Positions 36,111-47,870 are shown, numbered from the stretch's first letter. The stretch: 64,000 nt of DNA from Heteronotia binoei (GCF_032191835.1 NC_083227.1:142166001-142230000); one strand, 5' to 3'. Notes: generated by a model not told the origin, from the letters alone. Numbers and translations are program-made.

Positions 36111-38749
36111 CTTACAGGCAAAAAAAGGGAGAGCACCAATTACTTTCACCCAGTTCCTTCTCTTTGTGAAGGCATAAAAGTGGGAGGAATGCACAGAGAA
36201 AGCCCTCTGGCCAAGACTGGTGGTGTCCATCCCTTCTGCCTGAGGACAGAACCTGGACAGGGACCTTGGAACCTCTGCATTGCTCTTGGGAGAACAAACC
36301 CACCAAATCTGTCTACCAACTGGTTGCAGACTGATGTCTTTGGATATCCTTCATTCGGTCCCAAAACCAACCTGAAAAGCCAATCCACTTCTCTACTGGC
36401 CAAGCTTTTAATGTAATCTGCTCTTATGCTTTGTAGGTGAAGTTCTGACCACTTCATGACCCTTGAAGCTTTGAGATGAATGCTTCTCAACCCAGCTGTG
36501 TGTACACATGGGCCTTGGCCAACACACTGTTAGTCCTGACTCTCCCAAATAAAAATGCAATGTTGAAGGGGAAATGATGAAGGATCAAGGAAATGATTCT
36601 CAACTGTAGCCAATTTCCTGACTTGAACCAATCCTGAAGGGGCAAATTCCTTTGCACATGAATTGACTCCATGCAAGCTTCCCATTCCCCCAGGCTGGCA
36701 TCCATTGTTGCCACCAGCTCTGGTGTGAGAATAACGGATTTGCCTCTCAAAAAGCTGGAGGAGTTGGTCCACCAAATTAAGGATGATCTCCCTTGTTTGA
36801 AACCTGAATTTTCAGATGACACTTTGCGAATTCTGATGTTTGCCAGGGAAGTATTAGCCACTGCAGGTGTCCCAAGTGTGCTTTTGCCCATGGGATCAGC
36901 TCATGAGAGCCAGGAGACCCAAAAGGAACATAATGATCAAGGTATGCAAAGACAGAACTCACTGAATCATGGTGGTTATTGCTTGTGCACAGCTTGGTGA
37001 AAAGAAACATTTTTCTCTCATGTGTCTATCACCACCCCCAAGTGAGTTAATACTAGTGTGAGTGACAAGCGGCTCTTCTTGAAGTTGATCATGAACCCAT
37101 GTCATTGAAGGATTATTGTTCTCTGCAGAGTCTCAGCTCCCTTCTCTGTGGAGGGCAAGCTCAGCTAAAGGTTTCCAGGGTAAAGATAATGATAGAGGCC
37201 AATCCACAAAAGAGCTGCCATTAATGATACCATCAATTTGGAGAAGGACCTGGGAGCTGATGCCAGACTGAAATAACACTACTCGAAATCTGAAGCACCA
37301 GACCCAAACTGTGAATCTGAAAAGCTTCTGATGTAGGGGTCAACCCAGAATGTGAACATATGTCTTGGTTAGGTCTATTAAAGACAAGAAAAACCCCCAT
37401 TCAGGGTTCCTACGATGGATTTGAGAGTCTCCACAGGGAACTGATGGGGCTTCAGAGACCAGTTTAGAAACTGACTGGAAGCCAGAGACGACTACAAAAA
37501 CCTTCTTGAGGCATCTAGCTTTACCCTTGGAAGGTTTGGACTGAGCAATACCTGAATGGGCAACCAGATGATGAAGGCTGGAACATGTACGAAGGTATGT
37601 AGTGATTCCAGGAAAACCTTCTGTAGACCTGGGGGTTCCTAGGAGATCCAAATGCTCTAGGGTCACGGAGGAAGAGCCCAAATGTCTTGGCCATCTCCTG
37701 GAGATCCTGCAGTCTGAGAACAGGAGGACCTTCTTCAGCTTAGTCTCAATCAAAATGACTTCAAGCTTGTCACCAAAAAGTATGGAACCCTTGAAGAGAT
37801 AAGATGCCACTAGGGCCTTGGTTGAAGCATCTATCGACCAGCTGCTCAGCCAGAGGGTGCCTGTTGACCACAGTAACACCAATGGTATTTGGGAAAATCT
37901 GCACAGCAACCAAAGTAGCATCAGCTACGAGAGTCATGACCTTTGCTGACCTCAGGAGGTCAAACTGGAGGTGGGGCATCAGAGAACTCTCTGCATTTTG
38001 CACAGCTGCCAAAGGAATGGTGTACACTAAAAAGGCACAAAGCTGCTAAAGCCTTGATAGAGAGGGCATTGAACTCATGGGCTCTGCACAGGGCTATGTC
38101 ACTCCTGCAGTCTCTAGCAACCTTAAGTACCCCTCCTCCCTCTGATCCAGATGTCATATTGGACACCGGAGCATCCACCAGTGGAATACACAGGAGTTAG
38201 TCTGCTAAAGCTGGGAACGCACAGCACTTCTTAGCACATCTTTGCCTTGCAAACCCTGCGGCTCTGCACCAGGTCCCATAGGGCATGGATGTTATTTGGC
38301 ACAGAGTTCCAGCAGGTAAGAGCCTGAAACCTGGAGTGAATTGGCTCATCTTATTCATCTTCTCTCAGTAGCCAGCCAGAGATCTCAGAGAAGAGTAAGA
38401 CAGAATCCACTACTAGAGCTGGCCATAACCTCCTCGTAACTCTCTGCGTCAGGCTCTCCTTCCTCCTGATGTGGAACATCTGCCACAAGAGTAGGTAGTT
38501 TCAGCAACTTTAGAGCAACGATGAAGGAAAGACTTCAATGGCAAAAGGCCTCCTTGCACTGGGGGAGGGAAAGAGGTGACCCTAATCACTGATTTAACCT
38601 TGCCCCTGTTCAAACAGGTCAGGGCCACTATTGGTGAATCACCCAAATTTGGTGAATGGTCTACTCATGAGTAACATGTAAAGGGGCATATATAGTCAGA
38701 ATCGTCCAATTTTGGTAAATTGTCTAGTCCTGAGTAACATGTAAAGGGA

Positions 38750-39215
38750 CCCACATATCTTTGGGGTCTCCTCGTCTCATATGTCCCTCAAAAAGCCTTA
38801 CGCTCTGCTGAAAATAATCTACTGGTGATCCCTAGTCCAAAAGACATCTGGCTGTCCTCAACCAGAGTCAAGGCCTTTTCAGTTCTGGCTCCTACCTGGT
38901 GGAACTCTGTGCCAAATAACATCCATGCCCTACGGGACCTGGTACAGTCCCGCAGGGCTTGCAAGGCAAAGATGTTCCACCAGGCTTTTGGTTGAGGATA
39001 GCAATGGGTACCATCCTATCTGGCACTCCCTCCCCCTCCCCCCTCCTGCTTTTTTTCTCTGTTTGCAAGACAGTAATGCAATTTGTAAATTGATTTTAGC
39101 ACCATCTGAAAATGTTTCTCTTTGGATTTTGAATTGTATAGATGTTCTGTTTTTAACTGCCCTGAGTTCTATGACCTCAGAGAAGGGCAGTTTATAAATC
39201 AAAATTATAAATAAT
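38750..39215 (+). mobile_element. L2 LINE 3' fragment
   Basis: Encodes RAFSVLAPTWWNSVP-like C-terminus. The 3' UTR ends in ctgccctgag...gggcagtttataaat and an A-rich tail. Confidence 0.7.
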
Positions 39216-39421
39216 TAAAAAGGGCCAATAATGAAAGGTCTACTTATGAGTAATATGTAACAGTCGATGCTTGCTTTCTTCCAGGCTAGGTGAGGACCCT
39301 GGGTGGATCCTGTCTCCCCCTGACTAAAGGGTGGCTCCTTGTGCTACTCAGTTCTACTGGATTGCCTTGGGGGGGGGGCAGAAAAATGGGAGGAGTGCCT
39401 TTTACTGCCCTTTCCATAAAA

Positions 39422-39627
39422 GATTCCAACCAACCAATGCACAGCAGCCAAGAAGGTCAGAACGCCTGCTCCGGCTGCAACGCCACTGAGGATGTTCTCC
39501 GCAGCTGAGAACGAAACGTCTGGAAGAAAATCTTTCTCCAGTAGAACACGGCACTTGAACCCGAAAGATTCTACAAACCCTAATGATGATGCCAGCCGTG
39601 AAAACCTGAAATCTTTGATTCCAACCA
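39422..39627 (+). mobile_element. Penelope-like pseudo-LTR / retrozyme-like monomer
   Basis: Bounded by the 11 bp direct repeat GATTCCAACCA (39422-39432, 39617-39627). Contains a hammerhead followed by cacggc...cccgaaag...gccagccgtgaaaacc, typical of reptile PLE ends. Confidence 0.75.
39483..39523 (+). ncRNA. Minimal type I hammerhead ribozyme
   Basis: Stem I CCA/TGG; core CTGAGGA (39486-39492) plus an extra T; stem II GTTCTC/GAGAAC with a 7 nt loop; GAAA (39513-39516); palindromic ACGT stem III; GUC cleavage triplet ending at 39520. Confidence 0.8.
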
Positions 39628-41585
39628 CTGTTGGAGGCCCTCTGGGATGCATGAGAGGAGTGTGTTGAAACTTTCCTTCTCCAGTTCCAATGCATCTTTG
39701 CTCAACCCTTCTGCAAGGGAGAAAGGTGTGGTCACCTTTCTGGTGGTAAGAAAGCGCACCACTACTCTGGTACTCGCTGCCATCTCATCACTTATCTGCT
39801 CATTCACAGAGGAGAAGGAAGAGATGATCTGGGGAAAGCTTGATGTCCCCTTTCAGAGCTTAACCAGACACACAATACCTCCTGCAGTTCAGTTCACAGA
39901 AGCTGCAAATCCCCTGGACTCTGCTGAGCCAAAGTACATTGCCTTAAGAGAGCTCTGAAACCAAAAGCACTCAGAGCTCTCCAAAAGCCTGTCTTCTCTG
40001 CTGAAAGGAAGAGAAGACTGAAGGGGATATAGTGGAACTCCTCCTCTCCAGAACAAAAAAGCTGGACTTCCTGCTACCAAAAGTAGAGGGAAAGGAATTC
40101 TCCATTTATCCAGATCTCCGTGTCCTTCCAAGAATAGCTGTATGTGCATCATACAATATACAACACCTATGTTGTTGTTTTGCTCAGCTATTTATCACAT
40201 GGTGCCACAATGCCATTGCAGCCATTCAAAGCATTGGAGCCATTCCTTTGGCACCAAAATTACAGAATTCTCTCCACAGGCAGAATTTCAGTTATATAAG
40301 TATAACATAAAGTTGCACTAATATGTACTTCAAGTTCAATTATTAAGGAAGATCTCAATCTACCCGAAAAACAAAATTCTCTTAATTTTCAGACAACATA
40401 CATGCAATATTTTTAACAATCTAGTGTTAAGAATTCATATGCACACAGAACTCTTCCTCGTTTGTATCAAATTTTACTACAAGGCACAGTCTTTGAAGCT
40501 GTGACTTCGAACCAAAGGTATGACAATTCTGATGTACCACTATTTTTATGTTTCATCTGAGAAACATTTTAAAAATGCTGACTTGATAAATGATAAAGCC
40601 TGAAGACAAAGAGCAAAGCAAATCATGGTCCCAAGTCTACCTTTTGGTTCAGTAAGCTCTATTAAAAGTTGTGGTTAAAGAACTGTTTAAGGGCATTATG
40701 GTAGGAACAAATTTATGGTTGTGCATTCAGTGCAATAATAGTTAGGTGATTTAATACTAGTTATAAAATTCCTATCCTGCTTGTATTCACAAACCATAAA
40801 TGGTCTTTCAGTGCACAAGCTTCATCCTAAAATACATGAAATGTTGATGCTTTTCAGCTTGCTAAAATAAAGTCACATTTGTTTTAAATTGTTTTAACTC
40901 TATCATTACCTGATATTTATTGTACATGTTTTTACTGTTTTAACATGATGCAACCCCACCCTGAGTCAATTTGCTGGAAGGGCAGGATATAAATCTATAT
41001 GATAAATAAATTTAATCTGCTAATTATTTGTGAAACAATGCATTAAAAATAATAATCCTTAGGCCAGCTATTTACTTTGTATCATCAGAGCTACCTTTTG
41101 AGGAATTGCAAAGCATTTTCTTTAAATTTAATTTTAAAAATAGCATTGTTTTTGAATTAAATACCTTCCTTCTAAATATGTAAATATCTGATGGGAAAAA
41201 ATAAAACATTTACAAAACCTTGGGTTTCCTTCCTGCAGGATCCCACCCTCCACATTTTCCAATGGAAAAAATGGAAAATTTGAGGAGAACCGGAGGGGGG
41301 GGGAAATCAATCACCATGTAAATAGTTTCTCCTCTGTAATAAGTGAAATGGCTTTTAAGACAAGGTTTACACAAAAATCATTCAAATTCTGTCTTTAAGT
41401 ATGGTAAAATTGCCCCTATACATGTGTTTTGGGTAACTATAATTTTTATGCTTTCCCCCTTTTTTCTATACTGCATCCCCTTAAAAACTCCAATAAAATA
41501 TTTTTTTTAAAAAACTCAAATAAAAACATATTAACACAAAAAGAATTTTAAAATTATGTAATATAATCTACAGTATTATATAATG

Positions 41586-41945
41586 ACTAGGAATAAGGTC
41601 TGTTGTGAAGAAAAATACAACGGGCTCTAGAAAAAAGCTCTGGATGAGTGCCCCCATTGCTATCTTCCCACCCGCCCAAGTGAAGGCATTCACTTCCTTC
41701 CCCCCCCCCCCCTTCTCCAGAGGAGCTGATTTCTGCCATCTAGAAAACAGTTGTAATTCTGAGTGATCTCCAGTCCTCACCTGGAGATTAGCAGCAGCAG
41801 TTCCCCAGGAGAGAATGGCTGGTTTGGAGGGTGGCGTCTATGCTACTGTACCTGTCTGAAGTCCCACCCCTCCTCAAACCCACCCTCTCCAAGCTCCACC
41901 CCTCAAATCTCCAAGAATTTCCCAACTTGGAGTTGGCAGACACTA
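41586..41945 (+). mobile_element. Composite repeat with a Helitron-like ACTAG/hairpin head and rearranged hAT-MITE sequence
   Basis: actag...gtctgttgt-gaagaaaaat-acaacgggc-tctag, then MITE pieces. Inverted paralog at 44714-45020. Confidence 0.5.
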
Positions 41946-41989
41946 AATCACAATGGATGTCATAGGGGGGCTGCTGCTGAACAGGAGCA

Positions 41990-42480
41990 AGCAGCCAGGC
42001 CTAGTTAAGCCACGCCAGTCATGTGGTATCAAGTCACTCAGAGGGTGCTGCCAGGCTTAGGGCAGCCAGCCTCCAGGTGGAGCCTGAAGATCTTCTGGTA
42101 TCAGAACTGAATTATAGACAACAGATCTGTCTCCCCATGGAGAAAATAACTGCTTTGGAGGGCGGACTCTATGGTATTACATTCAGCCAAGGCCTCTCCC
42201 CAAACTCTGGCTTCCGTAGACTCCATCACAAAATCTCCAGGAATTTCCCACTAACCTGGAGCTAGCAACTGTAGTCAGGACTGGGCCCAATGAGTTCTCC
42301 CATAAAGGCCAAAACAGGCCTGGGAAGGGCCTCTTCCTCCCTGCCTTTTACTGAGAGAACCAAGCTTGGTTGCATATTACTACCAGAAGTAACAGCTTCT
42401 GTCAGTTGCCTAGCAGCAGCTACTGCCGAGTTGCTTCCCCAGTTGCCCAATCCTCATCTGTCCTGGGTCTGGCAGGGGAG
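41990..42480 (-). mobile_element. Inverted copy of the composite repeat at 7535-8100 (empty of the inner MITE)
   Basis: Reverse complement is collinear with 7535-7720 plus 7894-8100. Confidence 0.7.
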
Positions 42481-43694
42481 TCAGCCAATGGGAGCCCATA
42501 GGTGGTGACTGATGCATGATGGGCCAGTGGTTTATGAAGTGTACCCCTAAACCAAGAGATCTAAGAGATCTTGACCTCACCACAGGGCTTTTATCATAGA
42601 AAGGATCTCCTATGTCTACTGTATTTCAATGTTTATTGTTTTAAATGTAACTAATCTTGTCCACAATTAATGTATATGATAAAATTGAAAACTTCAATGC
42701 TTTCAATGTTACAAACTTTATTCAATATCAAAATATGCCGTTACAACTGACTATATTAGACTGCTGCTGCAACACTTTGTGACAAGATCTGCATTGTCTA
42801 TCTGCAACTCCCCCCCCCTACTTTCATATGAGAAAACTACTCATACATGCTAAAGCAGCATCACAGATATAATAAAAGACAATGTGTTGGCACATCCCTA
42901 CATTTTTGTAGATATAAGAAAAGCCCAACCCATTGGCATATCCCTCAATTTTTATTGGAAGTTGTGGCAACCACAGGAGTGGCCTTGCACTCCATCTGTC
43001 ACCACTCCTCCGTGTCCTTGGGTAGCCTCTCTGTGACCCACTTACTGCTGGGCCTGTCAGGCCAGAACCCCACCAGAAGGCCATTGACCTCTGAGCAAGA
43101 CAATTCTCTGCTGACAGATTCTCCTGGGGGCTTACTGATCACTACTGCCTCTCCTCAGGGCATATTGTAAGAAGCCTAGGACAGTCCCCCCCGCCTTGGC
43201 AATGCTACTGCAAAGCAAACAGTGAACAGTTCCTCTGCCCCCACCTACTCAGGCCCAAGAATGTTAACAGTATTATCTCAGAGACAGCCAACTCTTCTCT
43301 GTGTCCTCTCTGTCAACCAGCCTCACGAAAGGCCTCCCAGCACATGCAGCCTCCAAAAGTTACACAAATAGCCAGGGAGGCAAGGCCACGCTGGGAGTGC
43401 TCCCTCCCCAGGAAGTGCTAGCCAGAGGCTGTTGCTAGGCAACCCAGGCTGCTTTTCTCAGTAAAGGGAGAGGCCTCAGGTGAATAGAATAACATACAGT
43501 TCACCCTCCAAAGCAGTTATTTTCTCCTGGATGGAATTCAGTTCAGTTGTCATTCCAGGAGATCTTCAGGCTCCACCTGGAGGTTGGCTACCCTAGACCT
43601 GGCAACACTCTGAGTGACCTGATGCCACCCAGCTGCCATGACTTAACTAGGCCCTATCATAGAGCAGTCTTTCTTTGATAGCCAATGTGAATTA

Positions 43695-43935
43695 GCAGTT
43701 GCCAACTCCAGGTTGGAAAATTCCTGGAGATATGATGGGTGGAGCCTGGAGAGGGTGAGTTTGAGAAAGGATGATACCATGACATAGAATTCAATCTCAA
43801 AATAGCCATTTCTGCCTGGAGAACCATTGTTGTCAATCTCCAGGTGAGTAAATAGCGATTAGCGGTTTTTTAATTTACACAGCTGTACGCTAAGATCCTA
43901 TAGTTTCGCTAATCTCCAGGTGAGGGCTGTGTCAT
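43695..43935 (+). mobile_element. TAGGGTTGCCA-type MITE fragment carrying a 62 bp insertion
   Basis: gttgccaactccaggttggaaaattcctggaga... Duplicated AATCTCCAGGTGAG at 43835 and 43911. Confidence 0.65.
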
Positions 43936-44713
43936 TATACCCTGCTGAGGTTGCTTGCTTCCTGCTTTTATTCCCATTGTGGAGAAAGACTGTACTTTTC
44001 TTAGGTAGATGCCACAGGGAAGGGGGAGAATATGGAAAACTGAGGTTAGATAAATTCCCCTACAGAAAATACCTGCCTTGAGGTGCATACTCTATGGTAT
44101 ACCATAACACAACCATGCCAGGACAAAAAAAAATCATGCCACAAGGTCACACTGATACTAAATACCACAAGGCTGGATATGACAGGAAAAGGTGACACCA
44201 ATGGAATGCAAACAAAAGGAATGCTGTGCTTCAGTGCCTGTGTGACCACTGTCATACTCCTCCTGCACCCCCCCCCCCCCAATTATTCTTCCTTCTTGGT
44301 ATTCTGGACCTTTTTTTAGGGCTTTGAGCCAGCACAGACATGGGCACACGCGCATGGGGGGGGGGGGTTGGAAAGCTGGTGTCTGTTTCAGCTGCAAGGT
44401 GGGTGCGAAGACAGCAAGGGTGAGGAGCTGAGTGAAAGCCAAGGGTTTTTTTCGGGGAGGGGGGGGTCTGCCAGACACAGGTTTTTGCTGTGGAAGCTGA
44501 CTGGGTGATTTTGGGCCAGTCACAGACTTTCAGCCTAACCTACCTTACAAGGTTGTGCAGATCAAACTGGGGAGAGGAGAATGATATAGGCTGCTTTGGC
44601 CTCCCCCACCACCACCACTGTGAAGAAAGATTGTTCTTTTCCTATGTAGAGGTTTCAGGGAGAGGGAAGGCAATGGACAGCTGAAGTCAGAGAGACATAT
44701 AAAGGGAAGGAGA

Positions 44714-45020
44714 TACGGTTGCCACCTCCAGGTTAGGAAATTCCTGAAGATTTAAGGGGTGGGTTTTGAGGAGGGATAAGACCTCAGATACAATGCCATT
44801 TCCTCCTGGGGAACCACTGTTGCCAATCTCCAGGTGAGGGCTGGAGATCACTCAGAATTACAACTGCTTTCCAGATGACAGACATCAGCTCCCCTTCAGG
44901 TAGGGGGGAAGCGCTTGTCTTCACTTGGGTGGGTGGAAGACAGTAAGGGGCGGGGCAATCCCCCAGAGCCTCTTTCTAGAGCCCGTTGTATTTTTCTTCA
45001 CAATGGGCCTTATTACTAGT
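44714..45020 (-). mobile_element. Second copy of the Helitron-like/hAT composite
   Basis: Reverse complement matches 41586-41945, including tgtgaagaaaaatacaacgggctctagaaa. Confidence 0.55.
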
Positions 45021-45561
45021 ATTTAAATAAATATCTAAGTCAAGTAAAGAGACACATGACATGTTATTACATAAGGTGGGAGAAGGGAATTGACATTCCT
45101 CATTATGTTATAAGGCTCACCAAAAGGATGATCCTTCTGCTGACTTCGAAGAACTGAATGAGTGTGCAAGAAATGTCAGTGATGGCATGAAAGCTGTCAA
45201 ATACAAGTGTGATGCATGTGTCTAACATTAAAAATGATAACTTCTATTCTGACTGTGTGGATAATTCAGAATATGTTGGAGGAGCAGAAAGTACCTCTGT
45301 AGGTTGTCCATCTGCCCTATTCCCCTCTGAGAAACAGGAGGGTGCTGGAGCTGCATATAAAGAACTGATTCTTTCCCCTCAGGAAGACATGGCATTTGCT
45401 CTAGAGGCTGTTGCCTTTCCACAGGTAAATGCAGAGCATGTCAAGTCCTGGGTCACTGAATTGCATTTTCTTGTATTTCCCACTTTATTGTTAAAGAGTT
45501 GATTCTAGAGAAGCTTGACCTCCCACACAGTTACAGTAAAAGGAAAACTGATGTGTGTCAC

Positions 45562-46216
45562 TGTAACGAAATGGTTAAAGTGCTGGCAGTTGGCTGGTTT
45601 TAAAATGGCTGCTGTTTGTAGTTTTAGATATTAAAATGTCCTCCTCCTTTGACCTACAAGGTCCAGCAGCCCTTGGGCCTAAAAAGTGCGGGGAAAAAGA
45701 AGAACTTTCCCAAGGGGCGGGGCAACCTCTATATAGACTCCTATCCAACCAGGAACAGGCAGTCTTTGAGCTACTGACAAGTAGGAGAGACTCCTGTGGA
45801 AGGGCTGTGCAGGGTGACCAGGCCACAGAGGTGGAGAACCCTGTAAGTCAGAGTTGGAATCCAAGGCATTCAGCTGCAACCAGTCTGCGGTACACTAGAG
45901 GTTTCCTGCCCTCTCTAGAGAGAGAGAGAGAGAGGTGAAGGAGAGCTGCTGGAGAAGAGACCCTGTCTTGCACTGCAACCTCCCAGGCAGAGAAGATAGG
46001 GAAGTGTGTAGGGAGAGATGACTGCATTTTTCTTCTGTTTTATTTGTGCCCTGCTGGTCCAGTTTAAGTTTTCCCATGTAGTGTGCCTTACTCAATCAAT
46101 ATATGTGCTCCCTGTTTATAGTGTAAATAGTTTGAATAAATACTTATATATTTTTTAATTTAACTACTGCCGTCGTGCTCTGACCATTTAAGTCTCCCCC
46201 GCTGTGCACGTTACCA
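45562..46216 (+). mobile_element. Candidate solo LTR
   Basis: Termini TGTAACG...CGTTACCA, a TATA-like ctatatag near 45730 and AATAAA near 46135. No TSD was found. Confidence 0.45.
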
Positions 46217-46686
46217 AGAAAAGGAAATGGCTGTTTTTGGGTTGCCAACTCTCCAGGGCCACCCCAAATATTGGCGATTTTCCCTCCAAACCAGGAGATT
46301 CAGCCAGAAGGGTCTCACTGTCCCTCTAAGACAGCAGTGACAAACTCAGTGAATGGTGGCAGTGAACTAAGGAAAGGTTACACCCACCAGGGGGTGGGGT
46401 AGGGTGGCAGCGGGACTTGCAAGCCTCAGACGGCTGCACAGCTGCAAGGATTGAGGGCAGGTACCTGTTCTGTCACAGTCACCATGGAAAGTTTCATAAT
46501 AAAATTCATGAATACAATGAATCATGTCCCTATGCAAAGGGTATTTCTCCTACATTTTTAATGCTGAAGAAATCAGGATTAATTGAGGCCCTTTCCCACT
46601 GTAAATAATTTTTGTGTGGATCAAATGTCTAAGGACAGGGTTTATTTATTTCTTTACTTACAAAAAAGGCATGAGGAAAACAATTA

Positions 46687-47276
46687 CCGTATTTTTCAGA
46701 CCATAAGGCGCTCCAGACCATAGTACGCACCTTCCTCCTGGGGGGCTACCCGCTGCCTCCGCCTCCGATCCTGGCGCTTCCCCTGCACCTGCCTGCCTGG
46801 CTCCAGCTTCTTCCAGTAAGCGCTGGGATTGCTCCACGCTGCCCCCACCGCAAACCCAGTGCTTCGCGAGCGCCGGCTGCAGAGGGGGCAGCGTGCTTTC
46901 TCAGTGCCTGTCTGCCTGGCTCCAGCTCTGATGCTTACAGCAAGCGCCAGGATCACTCCCTCCGCCCTCCGATCCCAGCACTTGCTTTAAGCATCAGAGC
47001 TGGAGCCAGGCAGACAGGCACGAAGGAAGCACGCTGCCCCCTCCACAGCCGGTGCTCGCGAAGCGCTGGGTTTGTGGTGGAGGCAGCGTGGAGCGATCCC
47101 AGCGCTTGCTGGAAGAAGCTGGAGCCAGGCAGGCAGGCGAGGGGGAAGCGCCAGGATCAGAGGCGGAGGCAATGGATCCCCCCCCCGAGGAAGGTACCTT
47201 CGCTCCATAACACGCACACACTCCCCCACACACTTTTTTTGGGGGGGGAGTGCGTCTTATGGTCCGAAAAATACGG
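46687..47276. mobile_element. Tc1/mariner (pogo/Tigger-like) foldback MITE
   Basis: TIRs ccgtatttttc.gaccataag with a TA TSD on both sides. Internal inverted arms at about 46738-46945 and 46989-47200. Confidence 0.88.
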
Positions 47277-47699
47277 TATGTTTTATCTACAAAAAGAGCC
47301 AGCCTATTACTGCCAACAATATGTCAAAATTTTGGAGAGGGCATGCACCAAGCACATGCAAGAAACCATGAAACTGGCCAAAATGGGATGCTTGTCCACA
47401 GATCCTTCTCAATACCTCACTCTGGCAGGTGTTTGTGTCTCACAATGTTCTGCTTTATATTTCTGAGCTTCAGCCTCCCCCCTCCCCAAGTTGATGACTA
47501 CCATCTCCAATGAATGAGTTTTCAACTGCTTTGATTCAATGAATTACGTACATAGATTGAACATAGATAGAAGAGCCAGATCCTCCACAAATTAAAGGCT
47601 ATGTGATCACAGATAATAAGACAGCTTTTGAATTTAATGGTTCCTTTTGGCATGGGTGCATTTAATGTTATAACATCAGTGATCTGAATCAGATAACCA

Positions 47700-47870
47700 A
47701 GTCAATTTACATGTTTCTTTACAGCATTGACTTACTGTCCGATGAAGTGTGCTTTTAGCACATGTAAGCTTACATTCATCTTGATAAAACTTTATTGGTC
47801 TTAAAAGGTGCTACAGGACTCCAGCTTTGTCCTACTACTTCAGACCAACAAGGCTGCCCCCTGGATCTAT
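47700..47870 (+). mobile_element. Decayed Penelope-like terminal fragment with a mutated hammerhead
   Basis: ccgatga-a-gtgtgct-ttt-agcacat-gtaa-gctta at 47739-47772, followed by ttggtcttaaaaggtgctacaggactc. Confidence 0.6.

Larger units (their letters stand above)
32050..38650 (-). mobile_element. DIRS-type tyrosine-recombinase retrotransposon A (host copy), split by DIRS B
   Basis: Minus strand, in order: gag-like (DAPV, 38150); RT (FLSLIDLTKTYVHI; FSLASAPRSFSK, 37050-37450); RNase H (ATMDASLGEWEA...VRTNSVLAKAHV, 36487-36891); MT start (about 36130-36300). It resumes at 32430-32050 with FHQDPGCLKLTTWFL and the YR N-terminus (GHPVSSHQLIKVFLIG). Confidence 0.7.

Noticed and set aside
39630-40130. 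Possible L1 ORF1 (EGKEFSIYPDL) or DIRS gag remnant
   Set aside because: Only one short motif, so it cannot be assigned without a profile search.
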